A DNA stretch of 64,000 nt from Candidatus Atelocyanobacterium thalassae (GCA_051971635.1 JBFPLN010000003.1:32001-96000); one strand, 5' to 3'. Shown: positions 11,160 to 24,809, counted from the stretch's first letter. Made by a program: numbers and translations. Notes: generated from the sequence alone by a model not told the origin.

Positions 11160-12761
11160 TTAAAATTTTGTTTCATTATAGTGCTTAATCAAAGTAGTAT
11201 TAGGGATAGGTCCTTTTAAATGATTCCATGGTAATATCTGATCTACTTTCCAGTTACTGTGAACGTAATATTCTAGAGATGGAATCTTCCCTTTAAGTTC
11301 TTTAAAAGCACGCCTATAACTCCCTAGAGAATTGCCATAATAACGAGTTAATTTAAATAGTTTACTTAAACGTCTGTCCCCCCTGGAAATTAAGGCTTGA
11401 ATGACAGACCAGTTGTAACTTTCAGGGCGAAACTCTATTCTTTTTTTCCCTAAAACTTTTTCTAAAAATTTTAATTTCTTTTTAGATAGTTCATCTACCC
11501 CTATCCATTGAAAAGGAGTATGAGATTTTGGAATAAAAGTACTGCACCCAAATGTTATTTTTAATCCTTGTGCTGCTTTCTGTATAGAATCTAACAACAA
11601 AATTGTTTGTTCAATATCTTCTTCGTTTTCTCCTGGTATTCCAACCATTCCATATAATTTAATATTTTTTAATCCACCAACTTTTGCATTAATTACTGCA
11701 TTAATAATTTCATCGTTATCTAATTTTTTATTAATATTTTCTCTAATCTTTGCTGAGCCGCTTTCGACAGCGATTGTTATAGATTTTGTATTACGATTGC
11801 TTAGTAATTTTGCTAATCTTTCTGTAACCGTATTAGCTCTAACTGAAGCAATACTTACTCTGATATCATCATACTTAGGCTGATTCAGATAGTTCAACAA
11901 ATTATCAAACTCTGGATGTTGTGTAATGGATGGTCCTAGAAGGCCAATTCTATTCGTTACCTTAAGACCTTTCTCAATATTTGGAATTAGTGAGGTATCT
12001 AAATCAGCTATACGAAAAGGTAAATTTAAATAACTAACCAGACAAAAACGACACATTTCTGGACAGCTTCTAACCACTTCAACCATATATATATTTTCCC
12101 AAACAGCTTGTTGTGTTACTACTGTTGAAGTTGACAAAGAATTACCACGATAAATTTGTTTTTCAATACTAGAGGGAGTGGTTGTTTCAATTGCTTTGAT
12201 AGATTCAATTTCTCCGTCATTATCGTAATAGGTAATTTCATATAGACTGGGTATATAAATTCCAGGAATTGTTGCTAAATAAGATAATTTAGCAGCTCTT
12301 CTTTCATTTCTCACAACTTTATATGCTTCTAAAAAGCTATGTATCAGATCTTCTCCATCACCCAGTAAAACTATATCAAAAAAATCTGCAAAAGGTTCAG
12401 GGTTAGCTGTCAAGGTAGGACCACCTCCAAATATCAGTGGATGATTCTCATTTCGTTCACTTGTTTGAAGAGGAATACCTAAACTATCTAAGATGTCAAA
12501 AATATTGACATAGTCTAATTCCCATGAAAAAGAAAAACCTAAGAGTTCAAATGTTTTAGGTGAAGGCTCTTTAATATCTGTAAATAAACGGCTAACATTA
12601 ACGTCATTTCTACTGGCGAAAGTGGACCAGACAGTTTGATAACCTAAACTTGTAATACCTACACTATAAATATTAGGAAAGCAAAAAATTATTCTAATAG
12701 CATTGCTATTAGGTGCAGTTGGTTTGAATAGTAATTTTTCTTGATCAAAAACAGTCGTCAT
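11160..12761 (-). CDS. B12-binding-domain radical SAM protein
   Basis: CPEMCRFC (CxxxCxxC); N-terminal GGGPTLTANPEPFADFFD..GDGE. Confidence 0.85.
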   Translation of the reverse strand: MTTVFDQEKLLFKPTAPNSNAIRIIFCFPNIYSVGITSLGYQTVWSTFASRNDVNVSRLFTDIKEPSPKTFELLGFSFSWELDYVNIFDILDSLGIPLQTSERNENHPLIFGGGPTLTANPEPFADFFDIVLLGDGEDLIHSFLEAYKVVRNERRAAKLSYLATIPGIYIPSLYEITYYDNDGEIESIKAIETTTPSSIEKQIYRGNSLSTSTVVTQQAVWENIYMVEVVRSCPEMCRFCLVSYLNLPFRIADLDTSLIPNIEKGLKVTNRIGLLGPSITQHPEFDNLLNYLNQPKYDDIRVSIASVRANTVTERLAKLLSNRNTKSITIAVESGSAKIRENINKKLDNDEIINAVINAKVGGLKNIKLYGMVGIPGENEEDIEQTILLLDSIQKAAQGLKITFGCSTFIPKSHTPFQWIGVDELSKKKLKFLEKVLGKKRIEFRPESYNWSVIQALISRGDRRLSKLFKLTRYYGNSLGSYRRAFKELKGKIPSLEYYVHSNWKVDQILPWNHLKGPIPNTTLIKHYNETKF

Positions 12762-13191
12762 ATTTTAAGTTTGTTTATTTTTCAACTTTTTAAATCTATT
12801 TTTTAAAGCTCTAAATTAAATCATGTTGATAGTTCAATTATTTATTAATATTATTTAAATTATTGATCTAGTTATTTTGCCCGAACATATTAACCTATAA
12901 AAAAATAATTATTTTTAATATAAACTTACGAAAGTACTTATATTTATAAATTTCCAGTTAATTTTTCTATTTATTAAAGAACTTAAAAAAGTAAACACAG
13001 GTTGCTATCACACGCTTATTTAATAATAATCACTATTCCTGATAATATCATTATAAAAATTCAATTTATTTTTTATAAGATAACTAATTTTTGCTTATAA
13101 ACTTATACATGATAAAAACATATTAATTCCTACAAAGCTAAAAGATTAATAATATATAATCAGATTAATCATATATTTACGAAACAATTAT

Positions 13192-13764
13192 ATGCAGGAA
13201 AATATTGATAATATATTAGAAATTGGTATTATAGTTGGTCCTAGAGGGCTAAAAGGAGAAATAAAAGTCTTGTCTAGTACAGACTTCCCTGAAAGATTTA
13301 AAATATCGGAGGAGCATTGGATCAGTGATCCTTATCAGTCATCGCTCCAATTGGTTAAATTAATCAATAGTCGCTACATGGCAGATAAGAATATTTATAT
13401 TATTCGTCTACAAGGAATAGAAAATAGGGATCAGGCAGAAACATTAAGGAATCATAAACTTTTAGTCACCAATAGCTTTATACCTAAGCTGGAGAAGGAG
13501 GAGTATCATATATCTCAACTTATTAATTTGGAAGTTTATCATCAAGATACAAGAGAATTTATAGGTATTGTGACTAATGTATTCACTACAGGTCATGATT
13601 TGTTAGAAATTAAATTGAACAATCTATCTTTGCAGGAATCAGATAAGAGACGAAATATCTTAGTTCCTTTTGTCTACGAAATTGTTCCAACAGTAGATTT
13701 AAAAAATAAAAGAATAGAGATTAATCCTCCTAAAGGATTATTAGAGTTGTCCACAGTAAGATAA
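13192..13764 (+). CDS. rimM: Ribosome maturation factor RimM
   Basis: IGIIVGPRGLKGEIKV, DFPERF, PRC barrel ending LVPFV..IVPTVDL..PPKGLL. Confidence 0.94.
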   Translation: MQENIDNILEIGIIVGPRGLKGEIKVLSSTDFPERFKISEEHWISDPYQSSLQLVKLINSRYMADKNIYIIRLQGIENRDQAETLRNHKLLVTNSFIPKLEKEEYHISQLINLEVYHQDTREFIGIVTNVFTTGHDLLEIKLNNLSLQESDKRRNILVPFVYEIVPTVDLKNKRIEINPPKGLLELSTVR

Positions 13765-13901
13765 GATTTAGGTTGAGAGATTCAGTTTATTAAAAATTAA
13801 AATTTAATCATAATTTTTGAATTTGATTGATCCATTATGTCCCATAACAGATTACAATCTACTTTTGATAAATCATATTTACTAAAATTAAGGAGAAAGC
13901 T

Positions 13902-14279
13902 ATTCCTGAGCAATTAAACCTAACCGTGAGCTTAAGGGGAACTCACGAGACAAATGGTAATCACCAAATTTTCCGTTTAACTGGCTTACTAGATGCCTTT
14001 TCTGAACCTATATTCCGTAAAGTTGTTGGAACATATATAGACAAGGGCCCTTACGATATTATTCTGGTCCTAACTCAAATTGACTTTGTAGATAGTTCAG
14101 GATTGGGAGCATTAGTACAGTTAGTTAAACAAGCCCAAAATCATAATGGAATTTTACAAGTTGTTACTAACCCTAGGGTTACGCAAACTGTGAAACTAGT
14201 ACGTTTAGAAGAATTCTTATCTTTACAAACAACTTTAGAAGATGCTATTTCTCATCTTAAAAATAAGAAAAATAGTTAG
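13902..14279 (+). CDS. STAS-domain anti-sigma factor antagonist (start ATT 13902 or GTG 13926)
   Basis: DFVDSSGLGALV phospho-Ser motif; AAGGAG 6 nt before an in-frame ATT. Confidence 0.88.
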   Translation: MPEQLNLTVSLRGTHETNGNHQIFRLTGLLDAFSEPIFRKVVGTYIDKGPYDIILVLTQIDFVDSSGLGALVQLVKQAQNHNGILQVVTNPRVTQTVKLVRLEEFLSLQTTLEDAISHLKNKKNS

Positions 14280-14327
14280 AATGTTGATTCTCTCAGTGTT
14301 AAACCAAGTCAATATTTTTAGTATGGT

Positions 14328-14741
14328 ATGATAAAAAAATGTTACCCTGATGTTGGTTTCCAAATGTCCGTACAAATGAAAGACCATAATAGCATTGACC
14401 GATTATCTCCTGCTTTTTTAGCCTATATCGGTGATGCTGTTTACGAACTTTATGTGCGTACAGCTTATTTATTACCTCCGCGTAAATTAGCCGATTATCA
14501 TAATCAGGTTGTTGCGCAAGTTAGAGCAGAAACTCAAGCAGCAGCTTTACAACAATTACAACCATATTTAACAGAGACTGAGAAAGATATTGTTAGACGG
14601 GGAAGAAATGCTACGACTAGCCATCCCCGTCGTTTAAAACCAGAAATTTATCAACAGGCAACCAGTTTGGAAACACTCATAGGTTATTTATATTTACAAG
14701 ACTCTCAACGACTAAATGAAATACTTAAAAGTTTAGTTTAA
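14328..14741 (+). CDS. mrnC: Mini-ribonuclease III
   Basis: [36 protein letters not shown]. Confidence 0.92.
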   Translation: MIKKCYPDVGFQMSVQMKDHNSIDRLSPAFLAYIGDAVYELYVRTAYLLPPRKLADYHNQVVAQVRAETQAAALQQLQPYLTETEKDIVRRGRNATTSHPRRLKPEIYQQATSLETLIGYLYLQDSQRLNEILKSLV

Positions 14742-14766
14742 TAATTTCAATTTTGAGAGAAAAATT

Positions 14767-15666
14767 ATGTTTAATAAGTCAACTCCCAATAGCCATAACA
14801 ATCAGTTAGAGAAAAAAAAATCTTTTAGAAAGAAAACTAATTCTGTTTCTGGTAATTTAAGTCCAAAAATATCAAAATCTCATGAAGATGATGACTTAGT
14901 ATACGGACGTCATGCCGTTCTTGCAGCTCTAGAGAATGATCGTCAACTAAATCGTATATGGATTACTAATAGACTTCATCATGATTCTCGTTTTTATAAT
15001 CTCCTACAAATATCAAAAAACAAAGGTGCAATAATAGATGAAGTTTCTCTCCAACGTTTATCTCAAATTACTAATGGTTCTAATCATCAAGGAATAGCTG
15101 CTCAAGTTTCTCCTTACTATTACTACACCTTAGATAAATTAATTACTCGAGCTAAACAAAAAAGTGATCAACCAGTTATCATAATCGCTGATGGTATTGT
15201 TGACCCCCAAAATTTAGGAGCCATTATTCGCACTTCTGAATCTATGGGTTGTCAAGGATTGATTATTCCTCAGAGAAGAGCTGCTAGTATTACTTCATCT
15301 GTAGCTAAAGTTGCTGCAGGCGCTTTAGAATCTTTCCCTGTTGCTAGAGTCATTAATTTAAACCGTGCTTTAGAAACTTTAAAGACTGAAGGGTTTTGGA
15401 TTTATGGAACAGTAGCCCAAGGAGGGAAAAAGTTGCCTGGGTTTAACTTTTCTGGTGCTATTGGTTTAGTTATAGGTTCAGAAGGCAACGGATTGAACTT
15501 ACTTACTCAACGTTGCTGCGATGAGCTTTTATCAATTCCTTTGGAGGGAAAAACTGCTAGTTTAAATGCTTCTATCGCTACTTCAATTAGTATTTACGAA
15601 ATTTTTCGTTCTCGTTTTACTGATAAGAATAATAATCTAAATAACCTTCTTACTAAGAAAAAATAA
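14767..15666 (+). CDS. rlmB: 23S rRNA (G2251-2'-O)-methyltransferase
   Basis: [37 protein letters not shown] motifs. Confidence 0.93.
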   Translation: MFNKSTPNSHNNQLEKKKSFRKKTNSVSGNLSPKISKSHEDDDLVYGRHAVLAALENDRQLNRIWITNRLHHDSRFYNLLQISKNKGAIIDEVSLQRLSQITNGSNHQGIAAQVSPYYYYTLDKLITRAKQKSDQPVIIIADGIVDPQNLGAIIRTSESMGCQGLIIPQRRAASITSSVAKVAAGALESFPVARVINLNRALETLKTEGFWIYGTVAQGGKKLPGFNFSGAIGLVIGSEGNGLNLLTQRCCDELLSIPLEGKTASLNASIATSISIYEIFRSRFTDKNNNLNNLLTKKK

Positions 15667-15860
15667 CAAATATTAAAACCATATTTTTAGTAATAATACT
15701 AAATTGTTGTTCTGTCTCCCCATCTTAGAGAGAGCAACTATTTGTAGCATTTAATTTTTTATAATACTGACAATTTTGTTTTACATGATTAGTTGATTAA
15801 AAAATTACCATATGAAATAAAAATGCTACGATAATAGCAAAAATATATAGATATAAATTT

Positions 15861-17432
15861 ATGTTACAGACACCTATATCACCGGTAGTTTTGGTGATTT
15901 TAGATGGTTGGGGTTACCGTCTTGATAAAGATTATAATGCAATTAAAATAGCTAGAACTCCTGTAATGGACTGTTTATGGGAAGTATATCCAAAAACACT
16001 TATCGAAACATCAGGCAAAGATGTAGGTCTTCCAGAAGGGCAGATGGGTAATTCAGAGGTTGGCCATCTTAACTTAGGCTCAGGACGTATTGTTCCTCAA
16101 GAATTAGTCAGAATTTCTAATACAATTTATGATAAGTCATTTTATAAAAATGAAATTCTAGTAAATCTTTGCAAAAAAGTTAAATCTTGTCAAAGCAAAT
16201 TACATTTGATCGGCTTATGTTCTGAGGGAGGAGTACATTCCCATTTGGATCATTTATTAGAATTACTAAACTTGGCTAAACAAAAAGAGCTAACAGATGT
16301 TTGTATCCATGTAATTACAGATGGGAGAGATACGAAAAAAACTGATGGTATTCAATGTATTAGTAAAATATATGAACATATTGAAAAGGTAGGTTTAGGA
16401 CGTATCTCTACAATAAGTGGACGCTATTACGCGATGGATCGAGATCAGCGCTGGGAGAGGACTAAGCTGGCTTACGACATTATTACACAGGATGCATTTG
16501 AGAGTAAATATTCTGCACTTGACGTACTGAAAAATTCTTATAAAGAAGATAAAACTGATGAATTTATTGTTCCTACTCGAGTCGATACTGGAGCTATTGA
16601 AGAAGGAGATGGAGTAATTTTTTTTAATTTCAGATCAGATAGAACTCGTCAATTATGTTCTGCTTTAATAGATAAAAGTTTTAAAAAATTTGATAGGAAA
16701 TTGATTATTCCGCTAGATTTTGTCACTTTTACCAAATATGATGATCAATTCACCGCAAAGGTTGCCTTTAAATCTGAGAATATTTCTCATACCTTAGGAG
16801 AAGTTATATCTAACCATGGCTTAAAGCAATTACGTATAGCAGAAACAGAAAAATACCCTCATGTAACTTATTTTTTTAATGGAGGTATAGAAAAACCTTT
16901 TAAAGGTGAAGTACGAGAATTAATCCAAAGTCCCATGGTTTCAACATATGATGAGGCTCCAGAAATGTCTGCTAAGAAAGTTACTAATAAAGCTTGCTTG
17001 GAAATGGAAAAAGGTATTTATTCTTTAATAGTAATCAATTATGCTAACCCTGACATGGTAGGTCATACTGGAAATATGCAAGCAACAATAAAAGCTATTG
17101 AAACTATAGATAATTGCTTAGGGATATTATTATCGAGTATTAGTAAAGTTGGAGGTACTACCTTAATTACTGCCGATCATGGTAATGCTGAAACTATGAA
17201 AGTTAATAATAATATTCTCACTTCTCATACTCTTAATCCAGTTCCTTTGATTATTATAGAAGGTGAAAAAAGGAAAATACCCGGTTATGGTGGAAATGTG
17301 GTTCTTAGAGAAGATAGTAAATTATCTGATATTGCTCCAACAATTCTTCAAATACTTGGAATTCAGAAACCTTTAGAAATGACAGGAAAATCATGTTATG
17401 AAGACACTGTAGACACAAAAAAATCTAGCTAA
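15861..17432 (+). CDS. gpmI: 2,3-BPG-independent phosphoglycerate mutase
   Basis: ILDGWG, GQMGNSEVGH, GRYYAMDRD, AETEKYPHVT, DMVGHTG, TADHGN. Confidence 0.97.
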   Translation: MLQTPISPVVLVILDGWGYRLDKDYNAIKIARTPVMDCLWEVYPKTLIETSGKDVGLPEGQMGNSEVGHLNLGSGRIVPQELVRISNTIYDKSFYKNEILVNLCKKVKSCQSKLHLIGLCSEGGVHSHLDHLLELLNLAKQKELTDVCIHVITDGRDTKKTDGIQCISKIYEHIEKVGLGRISTISGRYYAMDRDQRWERTKLAYDIITQDAFESKYSALDVLKNSYKEDKTDEFIVPTRVDTGAIEEGDGVIFFNFRSDRTRQLCSALIDKSFKKFDRKLIIPLDFVTFTKYDDQFTAKVAFKSENISHTLGEVISNHGLKQLRIAETEKYPHVTYFFNGGIEKPFKGEVRELIQSPMVSTYDEAPEMSAKKVTNKACLEMEKGIYSLIVINYANPDMVGHTGNMQATIKAIETIDNCLGILLSSISKVGGTTLITADHGNAETMKVNNNILTSHTLNPVPLIIIEGEKRKIPGYGGNVVLREDSKLSDIAPTILQILGIQKPLEMTGKSCYEDTVDTKKSS

Positions 17433-17484
17433 TACTATTATTATTGAATATAATAATATGCAATAATCGTAACATATTATACTT

Positions 17485-17718
17485 ATGAATTTTTCACAGC
17501 TTTTACAGATAATTTGGACTATTTCTGCTGTTTTCTTAATTTTTCTTATTCTTTTACATAGTCCCAAAGGTGATGGATTAGGTGGAATTGGTGGGCAAGC
17601 CCAACTGTTTACATCTACTAAAAGTGCTGAAAAAACTTTAAATCAAATAACCTGGACTCTTAGTACCATATTTATAGCTATTACAATTATATTAAGTGCA
17701 GGATGGCTGGGATCTTAA
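17485..17718 (+). CDS. secG: Preprotein translocase subunit SecG
   Basis: LLHSPKGDGLGGIGG...SAEKTLN; follows gpmI as is usual in cyanobacteria. Confidence 0.94.
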   Translation: MNFSQLLQIIWTISAVFLIFLILLHSPKGDGLGGIGGQAQLFTSTKSAEKTLNQITWTLSTIFIAITIILSAGWLGS

Positions 17719-17771
17719 ATATTTAATTTAATAGTTTTAGGAGATTTGATATTGTGATTAAAAGTACTTAA

Positions 17772-17809
17772 TTGAAGAACTATAAATGAAATTAATTATA
17801 GTTCTTCAA
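17772..17809. terminator. 14-bp perfect hairpin between convergent secG and rnhA
   Basis: ttgaagaactataa-N10-ttatagttcttcaa. Confidence 0.7.
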
Positions 17810-17878
17810 AAGAAGACTAAAAATACTTTTAAAAACTAAATAACAAACATAATTTTCTGTATCAAGTTTTCTAAAAGT

Positions 17879-18352
17879 TTAATGAACTACACTTTCAAAA
17901 ACTTTATCTATAAATAATTCCATCTTTTTAGAGGCAAAAACGGCTAATTGATCGCAACGTTCATTCTCAGGATGCCCAGCATGTCCTTTAACCCATATGA
18001 ACTGAACATTATGTTTTGTACATAAATCTAATAGCCTCTTCCATAAGTCAGAATTTTTAGCTACTTCTTGTTTATTACGTTTCCAATTGTTAGCTTGCCA
18101 TTTACTGGCCCATCCTTTATTCATACTGTCTACTACATACCGAGAGTCAGAGTAGATACTTACATTACAAGATTTTGTTAAAGCTTCTAATCCAATAATA
18201 ATAGATATCATTTCCATACGATTATTAGTTGTAAGTCTATATCCTCCTGATAATTCTTTCCTATACTTATCAAAGACTAATATTGTCCCATAACCTCCTT
18301 GACCAGGATTACCAGAACAAGCTCCATCAGTATAGATTTTTAATTTTTTCAA
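17879..18352 (-). CDS. rnhA: Ribonuclease HI (TTG start)
   Basis: YTDGACSGNPG, TTNNRME, DSRYV, WVKGHAGHPENERCD. Confidence 0.96.
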   Translation of the reverse strand: MKKLKIYTDGACSGNPGQGGYGTILVFDKYRKELSGGYRLTTNNRMEMISIIIGLEALTKSCNVSIYSDSRYVVDSMNKGWASKWQANNWKRNKQEVAKNSDLWKRLLDLCTKHNVQFIWVKGHAGHPENERCDQLAVFASKKMELFIDKVFESVVH

Positions 18353-18447
18353 AATTATATGCCTTTCTTTTTAACTTATTACTTGTCTAGCATTTTCTAA
18401 ATATTAATTGTAGCCTTAATAATTATTGGTTTAATCTATGTAGCTTT

Positions 18448-18523
18448 TATTTAATGTAATTGTTTAATGATGAAGGAATATGAAATAGGATATTTCTTCA
18501 TCATTAAACAATTACATTAAATA
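18448..18523. repeat. Inverted repeat with 33-bp arms (one mismatch) overlapping the hpnH stop codon
   Basis: tatttaatgtaattgtttaatgatgaaggaata-N10-tatttcttcatcattaaacaattacattaaata. Confidence 0.88.
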
Positions 18524-19533
18524 TTAATAATACTGCTTAAAGCTCTTCTCATATTAACAAAGTTCATAGCATCGGCAGCAGCTGTCGGTTCATAGCCACA
18601 ATGTACCATACAGTCTTTACATTGCGGATTTTCACTCTTATGGCCATAATTTTCCCAGTTAGTATTACTAATTAACTCTTTGAAAGTTTCATAGTGCCCT
18701 TCATTGAGTAAATAGCAAGGTTTTTGCCACCCTAAAACACTATAACTTGGACTTCCCCAAGGAGTACATTCATAATCCTTTTCCCCCATTAAAAAATCTA
18801 AAAACAAAGGATTATGATTAAAATTCCAATTTTTTTGACCTAATTTCCATGGCATTAATATTTCTTGGAATAAAGCTTTTGTTTGTTCTCGTTTTAGAAA
18901 GTGCTGTTGATCTGGAGCCCATTCATAACTATATCCTGGGGAAATCATCGTACCATCAGTATTTAAAGTTTCTAAGAAGTCAAGGAACTTTTGTACTTCT
19001 TGAGGATCTGCACCTTCAAAAATAGTAGTATTGGTGGTTACTCGAAATCCTTGAGCTTTAGCCTTTTTAATAGCATTAACAGCTTTTTGAAAAACTCCCT
19101 TACGATCTACACATTTATCATGATATTCTTCTAGTCCATCAAGATGTACACTAAAAGCAAAGTATGGAGAAGGTTTAAACTTATTTAAACTTTTTTCTAA
19201 AAGAAGTGCATTAGTACATAAATATACAAATTTTTTGCGTTTAATTAGACCTTCAACAATTTCGTCAATTTGTGGATGAAGTAACGGCTCTCCACCTGGA
19301 ATCGAAACAACCGGAGCTCCACATTCCTCAACTGCTGCAAAACATTGTGAAGGAGTAAGGTTACGAGATAAAACTTCAGGAGAATGCTGAATTTTACCGC
19401 ATCCTGAGCAGGCTAAGTTGCAACGAAATAAAGGTTCTAGCATCAGTACTATAGGAAAATATTGACGACCCTGTAAACGTTGTTTGATTATATAAGCACC
19501 AACTTTAAGTGCTTGTTTTAGTTGAACAGCCAT
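18517..19533 (-). CDS. hpnH: Adenosyl-hopene transferase (hopanoid radical SAM)
   Basis: [48 protein letters not shown]. Confidence 0.94.
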   Translation of the reverse strand: MAVQLKQALKVGAYIIKQRLQGRQYFPIVLMLEPLFRCNLACSGCGKIQHSPEVLSRNLTPSQCFAAVEECGAPVVSIPGGEPLLHPQIDEIVEGLIKRKKFVYLCTNALLLEKSLNKFKPSPYFAFSVHLDGLEEYHDKCVDRKGVFQKAVNAIKKAKAQGFRVTTNTTIFEGADPQEVQKFLDFLETLNTDGTMISPGYSYEWAPDQQHFLKREQTKALFQEILMPWKLGQKNWNFNHNPLFLDFLMGEKDYECTPWGSPSYSVLGWQKPCYLLNEGHYETFKELISNTNWENYGHKSENPQCKDCMVHCGYEPTAAADAMNFVNMRRALSSIINI

Positions 19534-19761
19534 AAAATTTTCTCACACCTTTTATTTTCTAAATATTATAGACTTTCTTAGATATTATTTATGATATGTA
19601 GAGAAAATATCTAAGCTACGCAAAATTTTAAGATGAATCATCAGAAATTTATAATTATTAAAATAATTTGATAAGTGGCTGTTAAATATTCTTAAGGAGA
19701 ATATGTCAGAATAAAAATATAAAAAGTCGATTTTTATAAACTTATCTTACTCACAAATTTT

Positions 19762-21573
19762 ATGACTAATGTTCCTGTTTCACAAATTCGAAATTTTTCT
19801 ATCATTGCTCACATTGATCATGGTAAGTCAACATTGGCAGATAGGATGTTACAAGCAACTAACACAGTTACACAGAGAGAAATGAAAGAACAGTTTCTCG
19901 ATAATATGGATCTTGAAAGAGAAAGAGGTATCACAATAAAGCTTCAAGCGGCGAGAATGGAGTACAAATCAAAAGATGGTAAAGAATATATAATTAACCT
20001 TATTGATACTCCTGGCCATGTTGATTTTTCTTATGAAGTTTCTCGCTCTTTAGCTGCTTGTGAAGGAGCTTTATTGGTAGTAGACTCCTCACAAGGTGTA
20101 GAAGCACAAACTTTAGCGAATGTTTATCTCGCACTAGAAAATAATCTAGAAATTATTCCAGTTTTAAATAAGATAGATTTACCAGGTTCAGAACCAGAAA
20201 GAGTATCTAGTGAAATAGAAGAAGTTATTGGATTAGATTGTACTGATATTATTAAAGCTTCAGCCAAAGCAGGGATTGGAATTGATGAAATTTTAGAATC
20301 TATCGTGAAATTAGTTCCTCCACCTCAAGATACGATTGACAAGCCTTTACGAGCATTGATTTTTGATAGTTATTACGATGCTTATCGCGGAGTCATAGTT
20401 TATTTTCGAATCATGGATGGAGTGATGAAAAAAGGAGATCTCATTTATCTAATGGCTTCTGAAAAAGAATACGAAATTGACGAACTAGGAATCCTCTCCC
20501 CTAATCAAATAGAAGTAGAATCACTTCATGCAGGTGAAGTAGGATATTTCTCTGCGGCAATTAAAACAGTTAAAGATGCAAGAGTAGGAGACACAATAAC
20601 TAGTGTTGAAGAACCAGCTAAAGATCCTCTACACGGTTATACAGAAGCAAAACCAATGGTATTTTGTGGCTTATTTCCTATTGATTCAGATCAGTATGAA
20701 GATTTACGTGAATCTTTGAAAAAGTTAAAGCTTAATGATGCAGCCCTTGCATATGAACCAGAAACTTCCAGTGCGATGGGATTTGGATTCCGTTGTGGTT
20801 TTCTTGGCTTACTTCATATGGAAGTTGTTCAGGAACGATTGGAAAGAGAATATAATTTGGATTTAATAACTACAGCGCCCTCAGTAATTTATCGTGTTAC
20901 TACTGTAGACGGAAAAGTAACAGAAATAGATAATCCTAGCTTGCTTCCTGTACCTCAACAACAAGAAAAAGTTGAAGAGCCATATATTAAAGTAGAAATG
21001 ATTACTCCTGAGATCCATATTGGAACTCTAATGGAACTATGTCAAAGTCGTAGAGGTATATTTAAAGAAATTCGTTATTTTACTCTATCTAGAACTGCTT
21101 TAATCTATGAGTTACCTCTAGCAGAAGTAGTTACAGATTTTTTTGATCAACTCAAATCAAGATCAAAAGGCTATGCGAGTATGGAATATGAATTAATAGG
21201 CTATAGAACCAATTCTCTCGTAAAACTAGACATCTTAGTTAATGGAGATAACGTAGATGCTCTCGCTATGATTGTTCATCGTGACAAAGCATATTACGTA
21301 GGTCGTGCCTTAACTGAAAAATTAAAAGAGCTAATTCCTCGTCACCAGTTTAAGGTTCCAATACAAGCAGCTATTGGTGCGAAAGTTATTGCTAGTGAAC
21401 ATATTCCTGCATTACGAAAAGATGTATTAGCTAAATGTTATGGAGGAGATATATCACGCAAGAAAAAACTGTTACAAAAACAAGCAAAAGGTAAAAAAAG
21501 AATGAAATCAATTGGTACAGTGGATGTTCCTCAAGAAGCATTTATGGCAGTTTTAAAACTTGAACCACAGTAA
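19762..21573 (+). CDS. lepA: Elongation factor 4
   Basis: [45 protein letters not shown]. Confidence 0.98.
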   Translation: MTNVPVSQIRNFSIIAHIDHGKSTLADRMLQATNTVTQREMKEQFLDNMDLERERGITIKLQAARMEYKSKDGKEYIINLIDTPGHVDFSYEVSRSLAACEGALLVVDSSQGVEAQTLANVYLALENNLEIIPVLNKIDLPGSEPERVSSEIEEVIGLDCTDIIKASAKAGIGIDEILESIVKLVPPPQDTIDKPLRALIFDSYYDAYRGVIVYFRIMDGVMKKGDLIYLMASEKEYEIDELGILSPNQIEVESLHAGEVGYFSAAIKTVKDARVGDTITSVEEPAKDPLHGYTEAKPMVFCGLFPIDSDQYEDLRESLKKLKLNDAALAYEPETSSAMGFGFRCGFLGLLHMEVVQERLEREYNLDLITTAPSVIYRVTTVDGKVTEIDNPSLLPVPQQQEKVEEPYIKVEMITPEIHIGTLMELCQSRRGIFKEIRYFTLSRTALIYELPLAEVVTDFFDQLKSRSKGYASMEYELIGYRTNSLVKLDILVNGDNVDALAMIVHRDKAYYVGRALTEKLKELIPRHQFKVPIQAAIGAKVIASEHIPALRKDVLAKCYGGDISRKKKLLQKQAKGKKRMKSIGTVDVPQEAFMAVLKLEPQ

Positions 21574-21809
21574 ATACAAGACAATGAAGTAATTACTTTA
21601 TACACCTAGTGTACTTTTTAGATACTGATACTATGCGGAAATTTATATTCTTAGCTAAAAATATCTATTTTATATACTTTACAAATGTTATCAGTACTAT
21701 TCTTTTTACTTCAATATTGCGATGTGGTTTAATTCTAATAATCCAGTTAAATAATATTTAGTTATTTCAATATTTACGATAGATAAGAGAGTAATCTGAA
21801 AAAAATTAT

Positions 21810-22589
21810 CTAATTATTTATGCCTATAAATCCATAATCTTGAAAAGTATTTTGAATACTTTCTGTTAATAGAAAGTTTATGAATTTTTTGGCTTCATTG
21901 ATATTTTGGCCGTCTTTAACTATCGCAATTTGATATGTTATTGGTGAATGAAGACTATAAGGTATGTTTGTCAATGTAATATCACTAGAATCTTTTACAT
22001 CAGTAGTATAAACAATTCCAAGATCTGCATTTCCACTTTCTACATAAAAAAGAACTTGGCGTACATTTTTTCCAAAAATAAACTTTGGCTCTAGTTTGTC
22101 GTAAATTTGTAGTGATTTTAAAGCTTCTTTCGCATATTGTCCAGCAGGTACACTTCCTGGTTCTCCTAACGCAAGTTTTTCAAATTTACCCTTTATTAAA
22201 GTATTAAAATTAATCTTTTGTATTGATTTATTTGATGCAACTAAAACCATTGTATTTTTTAAGAATATCTTACTGCTTTCCTTGATTAATAAATCCTTTC
22301 TTAATAAAAAATCTATTTGTTTTGAAGACGCAGAAATTAAAATATCTACAGGAGCTCCTCGTTCGACTTGCTGTTGTAAGGCTCCAGAAGAACCGCTGTT
22401 ATATACAATGTCGATATTAGGGTTCTCTTTTTGATAAATATCTTTTACTAACTTCATAACACTATACATACTAGATGGAACTGATATAAATAATTGGTTA
22501 TTATAGTTTTTTTTCTTATTAGAATTAGATATTGTACAAGCAGCTATGGAAGTTAAAAAACTAAGTGCAACAAATTTTTTTCTGTTCAT
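21810..22589 (-). CDS. modA: Molybdate ABC transporter substrate-binding lipoprotein
   Basis: GSSGALQQQVERGAPVD..ISAS, SVPAGQYA, NVRQVL, GIVYTTD; lipobox IAAC. Confidence 0.92.
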   Translation of the reverse strand: MNRKKFVALSFLTSIAACTISNSNKKKNYNNQLFISVPSSMYSVMKLVKDIYQKENPNIDIVYNSGSSGALQQQVERGAPVDILISASSKQIDFLLRKDLLIKESSKIFLKNTMVLVASNKSIQKINFNTLIKGKFEKLALGEPGSVPAGQYAKEALKSLQIYDKLEPKFIFGKNVRQVLFYVESGNADLGIVYTTDVKDSSDITLTNIPYSLHSPITYQIAIVKDGQNINEAKKFINFLLTESIQNTFQDYGFIGINN

Positions 22590-22700
22590 AATTAATCTTC
22601 TATTATTTTAGTCAAAAATTATTTTCATAATAACTAAAGCAAAAATTGAACAAAAGTAACTATTAACATTACAATACTTTATTATATTTTTATTTACTGA

Positions 22701-22743
22701 AAACTATTTAAATTAATGATGAGAATCAAGTAGTAGAATTTAC
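22701..22743 (-). promoter_or_regulatory. Candidate NtcA-activated promoter for modA
   Basis: GTA-gtagaatt-TAC at 22730-22743; TAGTTT (TAN3T) 23 nt downstream on the minus strand. Confidence 0.35.
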
Positions 22744-22952
22744 TCTGATTACTAATAAATTATTATTTACCAATAATTTACACATACTTTATGTTACAGG
22801 AAAATCAACTTACTTGTACTTAATTAAGTAACTCTTATTTTCACTTCATAATTAATTATATGTATATTCTAAACTTATATGTATTACGAATAATTTTAAA
22901 TATATATAAAACATATATTATCTAAAGTATAAAAAATATTTTTATTTATTAA

Positions 22953-24599
<1,647 letters not shown>

Positions 24600-24809
24600 A
24601 TAAATATTATAAGAAAAGATTTTTTACGATCTAATAATTTATGCTAAATTACTATTATCGATCTTTTAAAAAGAAAATAGAGAAAACTTTTTTCTTATAT
24701 CTTATCTAAAAGTCGTTATTATAAACGAAGCTGATATTTGTCAAATATTAACTATTCTTTGTATATTTTATTCTAGACAACCACTTAGCAATTTTATATA
24801 AATAACATC

